Source: the human T2T-CHM13v2.0 reference genome, Homo sapiens. Taken from it: 64,000 nt of DNA. The notes under the pieces are model-generated. The model worked only from the letters and a program-made list of their open reading frames with translations. It was not told where the DNA came from and did not search any database. Made by a program: the position numbers and the translations under genes. This document shows, one piece after another, positions 13,482 to 27,300 of the stretch (its first letter is position 1; the number at the start of each line of letters is the position of its first letter). The stretch is taken from assembly GCF_009914755.1 (NCBI RefSeq), contig NC_060943.1. The stretch is one strand, 5' to 3'.

Positions 13482-16400
13482 GTGATTCTCAGAAACTCCT
13501 TTGGGATGTCTGCGTTCAACTCAAAGAGTTTAACCTTTCTTTTCACAGAGCAGTTAGGAAACACTCTGTTTGTAAAGTCTGCAAGTGGATATTCAGACCT
13601 CCTTGAGGCCTTCGTTGGAAACGGGATTTCTTCATATTCTGCTATACAGAAGAATTCTCAGAAACTTCCTTGTGTTGTGTGTATTCAACTCACAGAGTTG
13701 AACGATCGTTTACACAGAGCAGACTTGAGACACTCTTTTTGTGGAATTTGTAAGTGGAGATTTCAGCCGCTTTGAGGTCAATGGTAGAAAAGGAAATATC
13801 TTCATATAAAAACTAGACAGAATGATTCTCAGAAACTCCTTTGTGATGTGTGCGTTCAACTCACAGAGTTTAACCTTTCTTTTCATAGAGCAGTTAGGAA
13901 ACACTCTGTTTGTAAAGTCTGCAAGTGGATATTCAGACCTCTTTGAGGCCTTCGTTGGAAACGGGATTTCTTCATATTATGCTAGACAGAAGAATTCTCA
14001 GTAACTTCCTTGTGTTGTGTGTATTCAACTCACAGAGTTGAACGATCCTTTACACAGAGCAGACTTGAAACACTCTTTTTGTGGAATTTGCAAGTGGAGA
14101 TTTCAGCCGCTTTGAGGTCAATGGTAGAAAAGGAAATATCTTCGTATAAAAACTACACAGAATGATTCTCAGAAACTCCTTTGTGATGTGTGCGTTCAAC
14201 TCACAGAGTTTAACCTTTCTTTTCATACAGCAGTTAGGAAACACTCTGTTTGTAAAGTCTGCAAGTGGATATTCAGACCTCCTTGAGGCCTTCGTTGGAA
14301 ACGGGATTTCTTCATATTATGCTAGACACAAGAATTCTCAGTAACTTCCTTGTGTTGTGTGTATTCAACTCACAGAGTTGAACGATCCTTTACACAGAGC
14401 AGACTTGAAACACTCTTTTTGTGGAATTTGCAAGTGGAGATTTCAGCCGCTTTGAGGTCAATGGTAGAATAGGAAATATCTTCCTATAGAAACTAGACAG
14501 AATGATTCTGAGAAACTCCTTTGTGATGTGTGCGTTCAACTCACAGAGTTTAACCTTTCTTTTCATAGAGCAGTTAGGAAACACTCTGTTTGTAAAGTGT
14601 GCAAGTGGATATTCAGACCTCCTTGAGGCCTTCGTTGGAAACGGGATTTCTTCATATTATGCTAGACAGAAGAATTCTCAGTAACTTCCTTGTGTTGTGT
14701 GTATTCAACTCACAGAGTTGAACGATCCTTTACACAGAGCAGACTTGAAACACTCTTTTTGTGGAATTTGCAAGTGGAGATATCAGCCGCTTTGAGGTCA
14801 ATGGTAGAATAGGAAATATCTTCCTATAGAAACTAGACAGAATGATTCTCAGAAACTCCTTTGTGATGTGTGCGTTCAACTCACAGAGTTTAACCATTCT
14901 TTTCATAGAGCAGTTAGGAAACACTCTGTTTGTAAAGTCTGCAAGTGGATATTCAGACATCCTTGAGGCTTTCGTTGGAAACGGGATTTCTTCATATTCT
15001 GCTAGAAAGAAGAATTCTCAGTAACTTCCTTGTGTTGTGTGTATTCAACTCACAGAGTTGAATGATCCTTTACTCAGAACAGTCTTGAAACACTCTTTTT
15101 GTGGAATTTGCAAGTGGAGATTTCAGCCGCTTTGAGGTCAATGGTAGAATAGGAAATATCTTCCTATAGAAACTAGACAGAATGATTCTCAGAAACTCCT
15201 TTGTGATGTGTGCGTTCTACTCACAGAGTTTAACCTTTCTTTTCATAGAGCAGTTAGGAAACACTCTGTTTGTAAAGTCTGCAAGTGGATATTCAGACAT
15301 CTTTGAGACTTTCGTTGGAAACGGGATTTCATCATATTCTGCTAGACAGAAGAATTCCCAGAAACTTCGTTGTGTTGTGTGTTTTCAACTCACAGAGTTC
15401 AACGATCCTTTACACAGAGTAGACTTGAAACACTCTTTTTGTGGAATTGGCAGGGTGGAGATTTCAGCCGCTTTGAGGTCAATGGTAGAAAAGGAAATAT
15501 CTTCGTATAAAAACTAGACAGAGTGATTCTCAGAAACTCCTTTGGGATGTCTGCGTTCAACTCACAGAGTTTAACCTTTCTTTTCATAGAGCAGTTAGGA
15601 AACACTCTGTTTGTAAAGTCTGCAAGTGGATATTCAGACCTCCTTGAGGCCTTCGTTGGAAACGGGATTTCTTCATATTCTGCTATACAGAAGAATTCTC
15701 AGAAACTTCCTTGTGTTGTGTGTATTCAACTCACAGAGTTGAACGATCGTTTACACAGAGCAGACTTGAGACACTCTTTTTGTGGGATTTGTAAGTGGAG
15801 ATTTCAGCCGCTTTGAGGTCAATGGTAGAAAAGGAAATATCTTCATATAAAGACTAGACAGAATGATTCTCAGAAAATCCTTTGTGATGTGTGCGTTCAA
15901 CTCACAGAGTTTAACCTTTCTTTTCATAGAGCAGTTAGGAAACACTCTGTTTGTAAAGTCTGCAAGTGGATATTCAGACCTCTTTGAGGCCTTCGTTGGA
16001 AACGGGATTTCTTCATATTATGCTAGACAGAAGAATTCTCAGTAACTTCCTTGTGTTGTGTGTATTCAACTCACAGAGTTGAACGATCCTTTACACAGAG
16101 CAGACTTGAAACACTCTTTTTGTGGAATTTGCAAGTGGAGATTTCAGCCGCTTTGAGGTCAATGGTTGAAAAGGAAATATCTTCGTATAGAAACTAGACA
16201 GAATGATTCTGAGAAACTCCTTTGTGATGTGTGCGTTCAACTCACAGAGTTTAACCTTTCTTTTCATAGAGCAGTTAGGAAACACTCTGTTTGTAAAGTC
16301 TGCAAGTGGATATTCAGACCTCCTTGAGGCCTTCGTTGGAAACGGGATTTCTTCTTATTATGCTAGACAGAAGAATTCTCAGTAACTTCCTTGTGTTGTG

Positions 16401-17230
16401 TGTATTCAACTCACAGAGTTGAACGATCCTTTACACAGAGCAGACTTGAAACACTCTTTTTGTGGAATTTGCAAGTGGAGATATCAGCCGCTTTGAGGTC
16501 AATGGTAGAATAGGAAATATCTTCCTATAGAAACTAGACAGAATGATTCTCAGAAACTCCTTTGTGATGTGTGCGTTCAACTCACAGAGTTTAACCTTTC
16601 TTTTCATAGAGCAGTTAGGAAACACTCTGTTTGTAAAGTCTGCAAGTGGATATTCAGACATCCTTGAGGCTTTCGTTGGAAACGGGATTTCTTCATATTC
16701 TGCTAGAAAGAAGAATTCTCAGTAACTTCCTTGTGTTGTGTGTATTCAACTCACAGAGTTGAATGATCCTTTACTCAGAACAGTCTTGAAACACTCTTTT
16801 TGTGGAATTTGCAAGTGGAGATTTCAGCCGCTTTGAGGTCAATGGTAGAATAGGAAATATCTTCCTATAGAAACTAGACAGAATGATTCTCAGAAACTCC
16901 TTTGTGATGTGTGCGTTCTACTCACAGAGTTTAACCTTTCTTTTCATAGAGCAGTTAGGAAACACTCTGTTTGTAAAGTCTGCAAGTGGATATTCAGACA
17001 TCTTTGAGACTTTCGTTGGAAACGGGATTTCATCATATTCTGCTAGACAGAAGAATTCCCAGAAACTTCGTTGTGTTGTGTGTTTTCAACTCACAGAGTT
17101 CAACGATCCTTTACACAGAGTAGACTTGAAACACTCTTTTTGTGGAATTGGCAGGGTGGAGATTTCAGCCGCTTTGAGGTCAATGGTAGAAAAGGAAATA
17201 TCTTCGTATAAAAACTAGACAGAGTGATTC
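13482..17230 (+). repeat. 6-dimer unit (2041 bp) followed by a 5-dimer deletion derivative (1701 bp)
   Basis: 13482/15523 and 13822/15863 are offset 2041. 14502/16203, 14842/16543 and 15182/16883 are offset 1701. Shared markers TACTCAGAAC, TTCTACTC, GAGACTT, ATTCCCAG. Confidence 0.8.
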
Positions 17231-20200
17231 TCAGAAACTCCTTTGTGATGTGTGCGTTCAACTCACAGAGTTTAACCTTTCTTTTCATAGAGCAGTTAGG
17301 AAACACTCTGTTTGTAAAGTCTGCAAGTGGATATTCAGACCTCCTTGAGGCCTTCGTTGGAAACGGGATTTCTACATATTATGCTAGACAGAAGAATTCT
17401 CAGTAACTTCCTTGTGTTGTGTGTATTCAACTCACAGAGTTGAACGATCCTTTACACAGAGCAGACTTGAAACACTCTTTTTGTGGAATTTGCAAGTGGA
17501 GATTTCAGCCTCTTTGAGGTCAATGGTAGAATAGGAAATATCTTCCTATAGAAACTAGACAGAATGATTCTGAGAAACTCCTTTGTGATGTGTGCATTCA
17601 ACTCACAGAGTTTAACCTTTCTTTTCATAGAGCAGTTAGGAAACACTCTGCTTGTAAAGTCTGCAAGTGGATACTCAGACCTCCTTGAGGCCTTCGTTGG
17701 AAACGGGATTTCTTCCTATTATGCTAGACAGAAGAATTCTCAGTAACTTCCTTGTGTTGTGTGTATTCAACTCACAGAGTTGAATGATCCTTTACACAGA
17801 GCAGACTTGAAACACTCTTTTTGTGGAATTTGCAAGTGGAGATTTCAGCCGCTTTGAGGTCAATGGTAGAATAGGAAATAACTTCCTATAGAAAATAGAC
17901 AGAATGATTCTCAGAAACTCCTTTGTGATGTGTGCGTTCAACTCACAGAGTTTAACCTTTCTTTTCATAGAGCAGTTAGGAAACACTCTGTTTGTAAAGT
18001 CTGCAAGTGGATATTCAGACATCTTTGAGGCTTTCGTTGGAAACGGGATTTCTACATATTCTGCTAGACAGAAGAATTCTCAGAAACTTCGTTGTGTTGT
18101 GTGTTTTCAACTCACAGAGTTCAACGATACTTTACACAGAGTAGATTTGAAACACTCTTTTTGTGGAATTGGCAGGGTGGAGATTTCAGCCGCTTTGAGG
18201 TCAATGGTAGAAAAGGAAATATCTTCGTATAAAAACTAGACAGAGTGATTCTCAGAAACTCCTTTGGGATGTCTGCGTTCAACTCACAGAGTTTAACCTT
18301 TCTTTTCATAGAGCAGTTAGGAAACACTCTGTTTGTAAAGTCTGCAAGTGGATATTCAGACCTCCTTGAGGCCTTCGTTGGAAACGGGATTTCTTCATAT
18401 TCTGCTATACAGAAGAATTCTCAGAAACTTCCTTGTGTTGTGTGTATTCAACTCACAGAGTTGAACGATCGTTTACACACAGCGGACTTGAGACACTCTT
18501 TTTGTGGAATTTGTAAGTGGAGATTTCAGCCGCTTTGAGTTCAATGGTAGAATAGGAAATATCTTCCTATAGAAACTAGACAGAATGATTCTCAGAAACT
18601 CCTTTGTGATGTGTGCGTTCAACTCACAGAGTTTAACCTTTCTTTTCATAGAGCAGTTAGGAAACACTCTGTTTGTAAAGTCTGCAAGTGGATATTCAGA
18701 CATCTTTGAGGCTTTCGTTGGAAACGGGATTTCTTCATATTCTGCTAGACAGAAGAATTCTCAGTAACTTCCTTGTGTTGTGTGTATTCAACTCACAGAG
18801 TTGAACGATCCTTTACACAGAGCAGACTTGAAACACTCTTTTTGTGGAATTTCCAAGTGGAGATTTCAGCCGCTTTGAGGTCAATGGTAGAATAGGAAAT
18901 ATCTTCCTATAGAAACTAGACAGAATGATTCTCAGAAACTCCTTTGTGATGTGTGCGTTCAACTCACAGAGTTTAACCTTTCTTTTCATAGAGCAGTTAG
19001 GAAACACTCTGTTTGTAAAGTCTGCAAGTGGATATTCAGACATCCTTCACGCTTTCGTTGGAAACGGGATTTCTTCATATTCTGCTAGAAAGAAGAATTC
19101 TCAGTAACTTCCTTGTGTTGTGTGTATTCAACTCACAGAGTTGAATGATCCTTTACACAGAACAGTCTTGAAACACTCTTTTTGTGGAATTTGCAAGTGG
19201 AGATTTCAGCCGCTTTGATGTCAATGGTAGAATAGGAAATATCTTCCTATAGAAACTAGACAGAATGATTCTCAGAAACTCCTTTGTGATGTGTGCGTTC
19301 AACTCACAGAGTTCAACCTTTCTTTTCATAGAGCAGTTAGGAAACACTCTGTTTGTAAAGTCTGCAAGTGGATATTCAGACATCTTTGAGGCTTTCGTTG
19401 GAAACGTGATTTCTTCATATTCTGCTAGACAGAAGAATTCTCAGAAACTTCGTTGTGTTGTGTGTTTTCAACTCACAGAGTTCAACGATCCTTTACACAG
19501 AGTAGACTTGAAACACTCTTTTTGTGGAATTGGCAGGGTGGAGATTTCAGCCGCTTTGAGGTCAATGGTAGAAAAGGAAATATCTTCGTATAAAAACTAG
19601 ACAGAGTGATTCTCAGAAACTCCTTTGTGATGTCTGCGTTTAACTCACAGAGTTTAACCTTTCTTTTCATAGAGCAGTTAGGAAACACTCTGTTTGTAAA
19701 GTCTGCAAGTGGATATTCAGACCTCCTTGAGGCCTTCGTTGGAAACGGGATTTCTTCATATTATGCTAGACACAAGAATTCTCAGTAACTTCCTTGTGTT
19801 GTGTGTATTCAACTCACAGAGTTGAACGATCCTTTACACAGAGCAGACTTGAAACACTCTTTTTGTGGAATTTGCAAGTGGAGATTTCAGCCGCTTTGAG
19901 GTCAATGGTAGAATAGGAAATATCTTCCTATAGAAACTAGACAGAATGATTCTCAGAAACTCCTTTGTGATGTGTGCGTTCAACTCACAGAGTTTAACCT
20001 TTCTTTTCATAGAGCAGTTAGGAAACACTCTGTTTGTAAAGTCTGCAAGTGGATATTCAGACATCTTTGAGGCTTTCGTTGGAAACGGGATTTCTTCATA
20101 TTCTGCTAGACAGAAGAATTCTCAGTAACTTCCTTCTGTTGTGTGTATTCAACTCACAGAGTTGAACGATCCTTTACACAGAGCAGACTTGAAACACTCT

Positions 20201-21306
20201 TTTTGTGGAATTTGCAAGTGGAGATTTCAGCCGCTTTGAGGTCAATGGTAGAATAGGAAATATCTTCCTATAGAAACTAGACAGAATGATTCTCAGAAAC
20301 TCCTTTGTGATGTGTGCGTTCAACTCACAGAGTTTAACCTTTCTTTTCATAGAGCAGTTAGGAAACACTCTGTTTGTAAAGTCTGCAAGTGGATATTCAG
20401 ACATCCCTGAGGCTTTCATTGGAAACGGGATTTCTTCATATTCTGCTAGAAAGAAGAATTCTCAGTAACTTCCTTGTGTTGTGTGTATTCAACTCACAGA
20501 GTTGAATGATCCTTTACACAGAACAGTCTTGAAACACTCTTTTTGTGGAATTTGCTAGTGGAGATTTCAGCCGCTTTGATGTCAATGGTAGAATAGGAAA
20601 TATCTTCCTATAGAAACTAGACAGAATGATTCTCAGAAACTCCTTTGTGATGTGTGCGTTCAACTCACAGAGTTTAACCTTTCTTTTCATAGAGCAGTTA
20701 GGAAACACTCTGTTTGTAAAGTCTGCAAGTGGATATTCAGACATCTTTGAGGCTTTCGTTGGAAACGGGATTTCTTCATATTCTGCAAGACAGAAGAATT
20801 CTCAGAAACTTCGTTGTGTTGTGTGTTTTCAACTCACAGAGTTCAACGATCCTTTACACAGAGTAGACTTGAAACACTCTTTTTGTGGAATTGGCAGGGT
20901 GGAGATATCAGCCGCTTTGAGGTCAATGGTAGAAAAGGAAATATCTTCGTATAAAAACTAGACAGAGTGATTCTCAGAAACTCCTTTGTGATGTCTGCGT
21001 TTAACTCACAGAGTTTAACCTTTCTTTTCATAGAGCAGTTAGGAAACACTCTGTTTGTAAAGTCTGCAAGTGGATATTCAGACCTCCTTGAGGCCTTCGT
21101 TGGAAACGGGATTTCTTCATATTATGCTAGACAGAAGAATTCTCAGTAACTTCCTTGTGTTGTGTGTATTCAACTCACAGAGTTGAACGATCCTTTACAC
21201 AGAGCAGACTTGAAACACTCTTTTTGTGGAATTTGCAAGTGGAGATTTCAGCCGCTTTGAGGTCAATGGTAGAATAGGAAATATCTTCCTATAGAAACTA
21301 GACAGA

Positions 21307-22666
21307 ATGATTCTCAGAAACTCCTTTGTGATGTGTGCGTTCAACTCACAGAGTTTAACCTTTCTTTTCATAGAGCAGTTAGGAAACACTCTGTTTGTAA
21401 AGTCTGCAAGTGGATACTCAGACCTCCTTGAGGCCTTCGTTGGAAACGGGATTTCTTCATATTATGCTAGACAGAAGAATTCTCAGTAACTTCCTTGTGT
21501 TGTGTGTATTCAACTCACAGAGTTGAACGATCCTTTACACAGAGCAGACTTGAAACACTCTTTTTGTGGAATTTGCAAGTGGAGATTTCAGCCGCTTTGA
21601 GTTCAATGGTAGAATAGGAAATATCTTCCTATAGAAACTAGACAGAATGATTCTCAGAAACTCCTTTGTGATGTGTGCGTTCAACTCACAGAGTTCAACC
21701 TTTCTTTTCATAGAGCAGTTGGGAAAAACTCTCTTTGTAAAGTCTGCAAGTGGATATTCAGACTTCTTTGAGGCCTTCGTTGGAAGCGGGGTTTCTTCAT
21801 ATTCTCCTAGACAGAAGAATTCTCAGTAACTTCCTTGTGTTGTGTGTATTCAACTCACAGAGTTGAACGATCCTTTACACAGAGCAGACTTGAAACACTC
21901 TTTTTGTGGAATTTGCAAGTGGAGATTTCAGCCGCTTTGAGGTCAATGGTAGAATAGGAAATATCTTCCTATAGAAACTAGACAGAATGATTCTCAGAAA
22001 CTCCTTTGTGATGTGTGCGTTCAACTCACAGAGTTTAACCTTTCTTTTCATAGAGCAGTTAGGAAACACTCTGTTTGTAAAGTCTGCAAGTGGATACTCA
22101 GACCTCCTTGAGGCCTTCGTTGGAAACGGGATTTCTTCATATTATGCTAGACAGAAGAATTCTCAGAAACTTCCTTGTGTTGTGTGTATTCAACTCACAG
22201 AGTTGAACGATCCTTTACACAGAGCAGACTTGAAACACTCTTTTTGTGGAATTTGCAAGTGGAGATTTCAGCCGCTTTGAGTTCAATGGTAGAATAGGAA
22301 ATATCTTCCTATAGAAACTAGACAGAATGATTCTCAGAAACTCCTTTGTGATGTGTGCGTTCAACTCACAGAGTTCAACCTTTCTTTTCATAGAGCAGTT
22401 GGGAAAAACTCTCTTTGTAAAGTCTGCAAGTGGATATTCAGACTTCTTTGAGGCCTTCGTTGGAAGCGGGGTTTCTTCATATTCTCCTAGACAGAAGAAT
22501 TCTCAGTAACTTCCTTGTGTTGTGTGTATTCAACTCACAGAGTTGAACGATCCTTTACACAGAGCAGACTTGAAACACTCTTTTTGTGGAATTTGCAAGT
22601 GGAGATTTCAGCCGCTTTGAGGTCAATGGTAGAATAGGAAATATCTTCCTATAGAAACTAGACAGA
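21307..22666 (+). repeat. Tandem duplication, 2 x 680 bp (2 dimers)
   Basis: Private AAAAACTCTCTTTG marker plus GAAGCGGGG box in dimers 21647 and 22327; GGATACTC dimers at 21307 and 21987. Confidence 0.85.
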
Positions 22667-24300
22667 ATGATTCTCAGAAACTCCTTTGTGATGTGTGCGT
22701 TCAACTCACAGAGTTTAACCTTTCTTTTCATAGAGCAGTTAGGAAACACTCTGTTTGTAAAGTCTGCAAGTGGATATTCAGACATCCTTGAGGCTTTCGT
22801 TGGAAACGGGATTTCTTCATATTCTGCTAGAAAGAAGAATTCTCAGTAACTTCCTTGTGTTGTGTGTATTCAACTCACAGAGTTGAACGATCCTTTACAC
22901 AGAGCAGACTTGAAACACTCTTTTTGTGGAATTTGCAAGTGGAGATATCAGCCACTTTGAGGTCAATGGTAGAATAGGAAATATCTTCCTATAGAAACTA
23001 GACAGAATGATTCTCAGAAACTCCTTTGTGATGTGTGCGTTCAACTCACAGAGTTTAACCTTTCTTTTCATAGAGCAGTTACGAAACACTCTGTTTGTAA
23101 AGTCTGCAAGTGGATATTCAGACATCTTTGAGGCTTTCGTTGGAAACGGGATTTCTTCATATTCTGCTAGACAGAAGAATTCTCAGTAACTTCCTTCTGT
23201 TGTGTGTATTCAACTCACAGAGTTGAACGATCCTTTACACAGAGCAGACTTGAAACACTCTTTTTGTGGAATTTGCAAGTGGAGATTTCAGCCGCTTTGA
23301 GGTCAATGGTAGAATAGGAAATATCTTCCTATAGAAACTAGACAGAATGATTCTCAGAAACTCCTTTGTGATGTGTGCGTTCAACTCACAGAGTTTAACC
23401 TTTCTTTTCATAGAGCAGTTAGGAAACACTCTGTTTGTAAAGTCTGCAAGTGGATATTCAGACATCCTTGAGGCTTTCGTTGGAAACGGGATTTCTTCAT
23501 ATTCTGCTAGAAAGAAGAATTCTCAGTAACTTCCTTGTGTTGTGTGTATTCAACTCACAGAGTTGAATGATCCTTTACACAGAACAGTCTTGAAACACTC
23601 TTTTTGTGGAATTTGCTAGTGGAGATTTCAGCCGCTTTGATGTCAATGGTAGAATAGGAAATATCTTCCTATAGAAACTAGACAGAATGATTCTCAGAAA
23701 CTCCTTTGTGATGTGTGTGTTCAACTCACAGAGTTTAACCTTTCTTTTCATAGAGCAGTTAGGAAACACTCTGTTTGTAAAGTCTGCAAGTGGATATTCA
23801 GACATCCTTGAGGCTTTCGTTGGAAACGGGATTTCTTCATATTCTGCTAGAAAGAAGAATTCTCAGTAACTTCCTTGTGTTGTGTATATTCAACTCACAG
23901 AGTTGAACGATCCTTTACACAGAGCAGACTTGAAACACTCTTTTTGTGGAATTTGCAAGTGGAGATATCAGCCGCTTTGAGGTCAATGGTAGAATAGGAA
24001 ATATCTTCCTATAGAAACTAGACAGAATGATTCTCAGAAACTCCTTTGTGATGTGTGCGTTCAACTCACAGAGTTTAACCTTTCTTTTCATAGAGCAGTT
24101 AGGAAACACTCTGTTTGTAAAGTCTGCATGTGGATATTCAGACATCTTTGAGGCTTTCGTTGGAAACGGGATTTCTTCATATTCTGCTAGACAGAAGAAT
24201 TCTCAGTAACTTCCTTCTGTTGTGTGTATTCAACTCACAGAGTTGAACGATCCTTTACACAGAGCAGACTTGAAACACTCTTTTTGTGGAATTTGCAAGT
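22667..24300 (+). repeat. Partial repeat with 1020-bp (3-dimer) offset
   Basis: Dimers 22667/23687 (GAAAGAAG + GATATCAG) and 23007/24027 (TTCCTTCTGT) recur at +1020. Confidence 0.65.
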
Positions 24301-27300
24301 GGAGATTTCAGCCGCTTTGAGGTCAATGGTAGAAAAGGAAATATCTTCGTATAAAAACTAGACAGAGTGATTCTCAGAAACTCCTTTGGGATGTCTGCGT
24401 TCAACTCACAGAGTTTAACCTTTCTTTTCATAGAGCAGTTAGGAAACACTCTGTTTGTAAAGTCTGCAAGTGGATATTCAGACCTCCTTGAGGCCTTCGT
24501 TGGAAACGGGATTTCTTCATATTCTGCTATACAGAAGAATTCTCAGAAACTTCCTTGTGTTGTGTGTATTCAACTCACAGAGTTGAACGATCGTTTACAC
24601 ACAGCAGACTTGAGACACTCTTTTTGTGGAATTTGTAAGTGGAGATTTCAGCCGCTTTGAGGTCAATGGTAGAAAAGGAAATATCTTCATATAAAAACTA
24701 GACAGAATGATTCTCAGAAACTCCTTTGTGATGTGTGCGTTCAACTCACAGAGTTTAACCTTTCTTTTCATAGAGCAGTTAGGAAACACTCTGTTTGTAA
24801 AGTCTGCAAGTGGATATTCAGACCTCTTTGAGGCCTTCGTTGGAAACGGGATTTCTTCATATTATGCTAGACAGAAGAATTCTCAGTAACTTCCTTGTGT
24901 TGTGTGTATTCAACTCACAGAGTTGAACGATCCTTTACACAGAGCAGACTTGAAACACTCTTTTTGTGGAATTTGCAAGTGGAGATTTCAGCCGCTTTGA
25001 GGTCAATGGTAGAAAAGGAAATATCTTCGTATAAAAACTACACAGAATGATTCTCAGAAACTCCTTTGTGATGTGTGCGTTCAACTCACAGAGTTTAACC
25101 TTTCTTTTCATAGAGCAGTTAGGAAACACTCTGTTTGTAAAGTCTGCAAGTGGATATTCAGACCTCCTTGAGGCCTTCGTTGGAAACGGGATTTCTTCAT
25201 ATTATGCTAGACACAAGAATTCTCAGTAACTTCCTTGTGTTGTGTGTATTCAACTCACAGAGTTGAACGATCCTTTACACAGAGCAGACTTGAAACACTC
25301 TTTTTGTGGAATTTGCAAGTGGAGATTTCAGCCGCTTTGAGGTCAATGGTAGAATAGGAAATATCTTCCTATAGAAACTAGACAGAATGATTCTGAGAAA
25401 CTCCTTTGTGATGTGTGCGTTCAACTCACAGAGTTTAACCTTTCTTTTCATAGAGCAGTTAGGAAACACTCTGTTTGTAAAGTGTGCAAGTGGATATTCA
25501 GACCTCCTTGAGGCCTTCGTTGGAAACGGGATTTCTTCATATTATGCTAGACAGAAGAATTCTCAGTAACTTCCTTGTGTTGTGTGTATTCAACTCACAG
25601 AGTTGAACGATCCTTTACACAGAGCAGACTTGAAACACTCTTTTTGTGGAATTTGCAAGTGGAGATATCAGCCGCTTTGAGGTCAATGGTAGAATAGGAA
25701 ATATCTTCCTATAGAAACTAGACAGAATGATTCTCAGAAACTCCTTTGTGATGTGTGCGTTCTACTCACAGAGTTTAACCTTTCTTTTCATAGAGCAGTT
25801 AGGAAACACTCTGTTTGTAAAGTCTGCAAGTGGATATTCAGACATCTTTGAGACTTTCGTTGGAAACGGGATTTCATCATATTCTGCTAGACAGAAGAAT
25901 TCCCAGAAACTTCGTTGTGTTGTGTGTTTTCAACTCACAGAGTTCAACGATCCTTTACACAGAGTAGACTTGAAACACTCTTTTTGTGGAATTGGCAGGG
26001 TGGAGATTTCAGCCGCTTTGAGGTCAATGGTAGAAAAGGAAATATCTTCGTATAAAAACTAGACAGAGTGATTCTCAGAAAGTCCTTTGTGATGTGTGCG
26101 TTCAACTCACAGAGTTTAACCTTTCTTTTCATAGAGCAGTTAGGAAACACTCTGTTTGTAAAAGTCTGCAAGTGGATATTCAGACATCCTTGAGGCTTTC
26201 GTTGGAAACGGGATTTCTTCATATTCTGCTAGAAAGAAGAATTCTCAGTAACTGCCTTGTGTTGTGTGTATTCAACTCACAGAGTTGAACGATCCTTTAC
26301 AGAGAGCAGACTTGAAACACTCTTTTTGTGGAATTTGCAAGTGGAGATTTCAGCCGCTTTGAGGTCAATGGTAGAATAGGAAATATCTTCCTATAGAAAC
26401 TAGACAGAATGATTCTCAGAAACTCCTTTGTGATGTGTGCGTTCAACTCACAGAGTTTAACCTTTCTTTTCATAGAGCAGTTAGGAAACACTCTGTTTGT
26501 AAAGTCTGCAAGTGGATATTCAGACCTCCTTGAGGCCTTCGTTGGAAACGGGATTTCTACATATTATGCTAGACAGAAGAATTCTCAGTAACTTCCTTGT
26601 GTTGTGTGTATTCAACTCACAGAGTTGAACGATCATTTACACAGAGCAGACTTGAAACACTCTTTTTGTGGAATTTGCAAGTGGAGATATCAGCCGCTTT
26701 GAGGTCAATGGTAGAATAGGAAATATCTTCCTATAGAAACTAGACAGAATGATTCTCAGAAACTCCTTTGTGATGTGTGCGTTCAACTCACAGAGTTTAA
26801 CCTTTCTTTTCATAGAGCAGTTAGGAAACACTCTGTTTGTAAAGTCTGCAAGTGGATATTCGGACATCTTTGAGGCTTTCGTTGGAAACGGGATTTCTTC
26901 ATATTCTGCTAGACAGAAGAATTCTCAGTAACTTCCTTCTGTTGTGTGTATTCAACTCACAGAGTTGAACGATCCTTTACACAGAGCAGACTTGAAACAC
27001 TCTTTTTGTGGAATTTGCAAGTGGAGATTTCAGCCGCTTTGAGGTCAATGGTAGAATAGGAAATATCTTCCTATAGAAACTAGACAGAATGATTCTCAGA
27101 AACTCCTTTGTGATGTGTGCGTTCAACTCACAGAGTTTAACCTTTCTTTTCATAGAGCAGTTAGGAAACACTCTGTTTGTAAAGTCTGCAAGTGGATATT
27201 CAGACATCCTTGAGGCTTTCGTTGGAAACGGGATTTCTTCATATTCTGCTAGAAAGAAGAATTCTCAGTAACTTCCTTGTGTTGTGTGTATTCAACTCAC

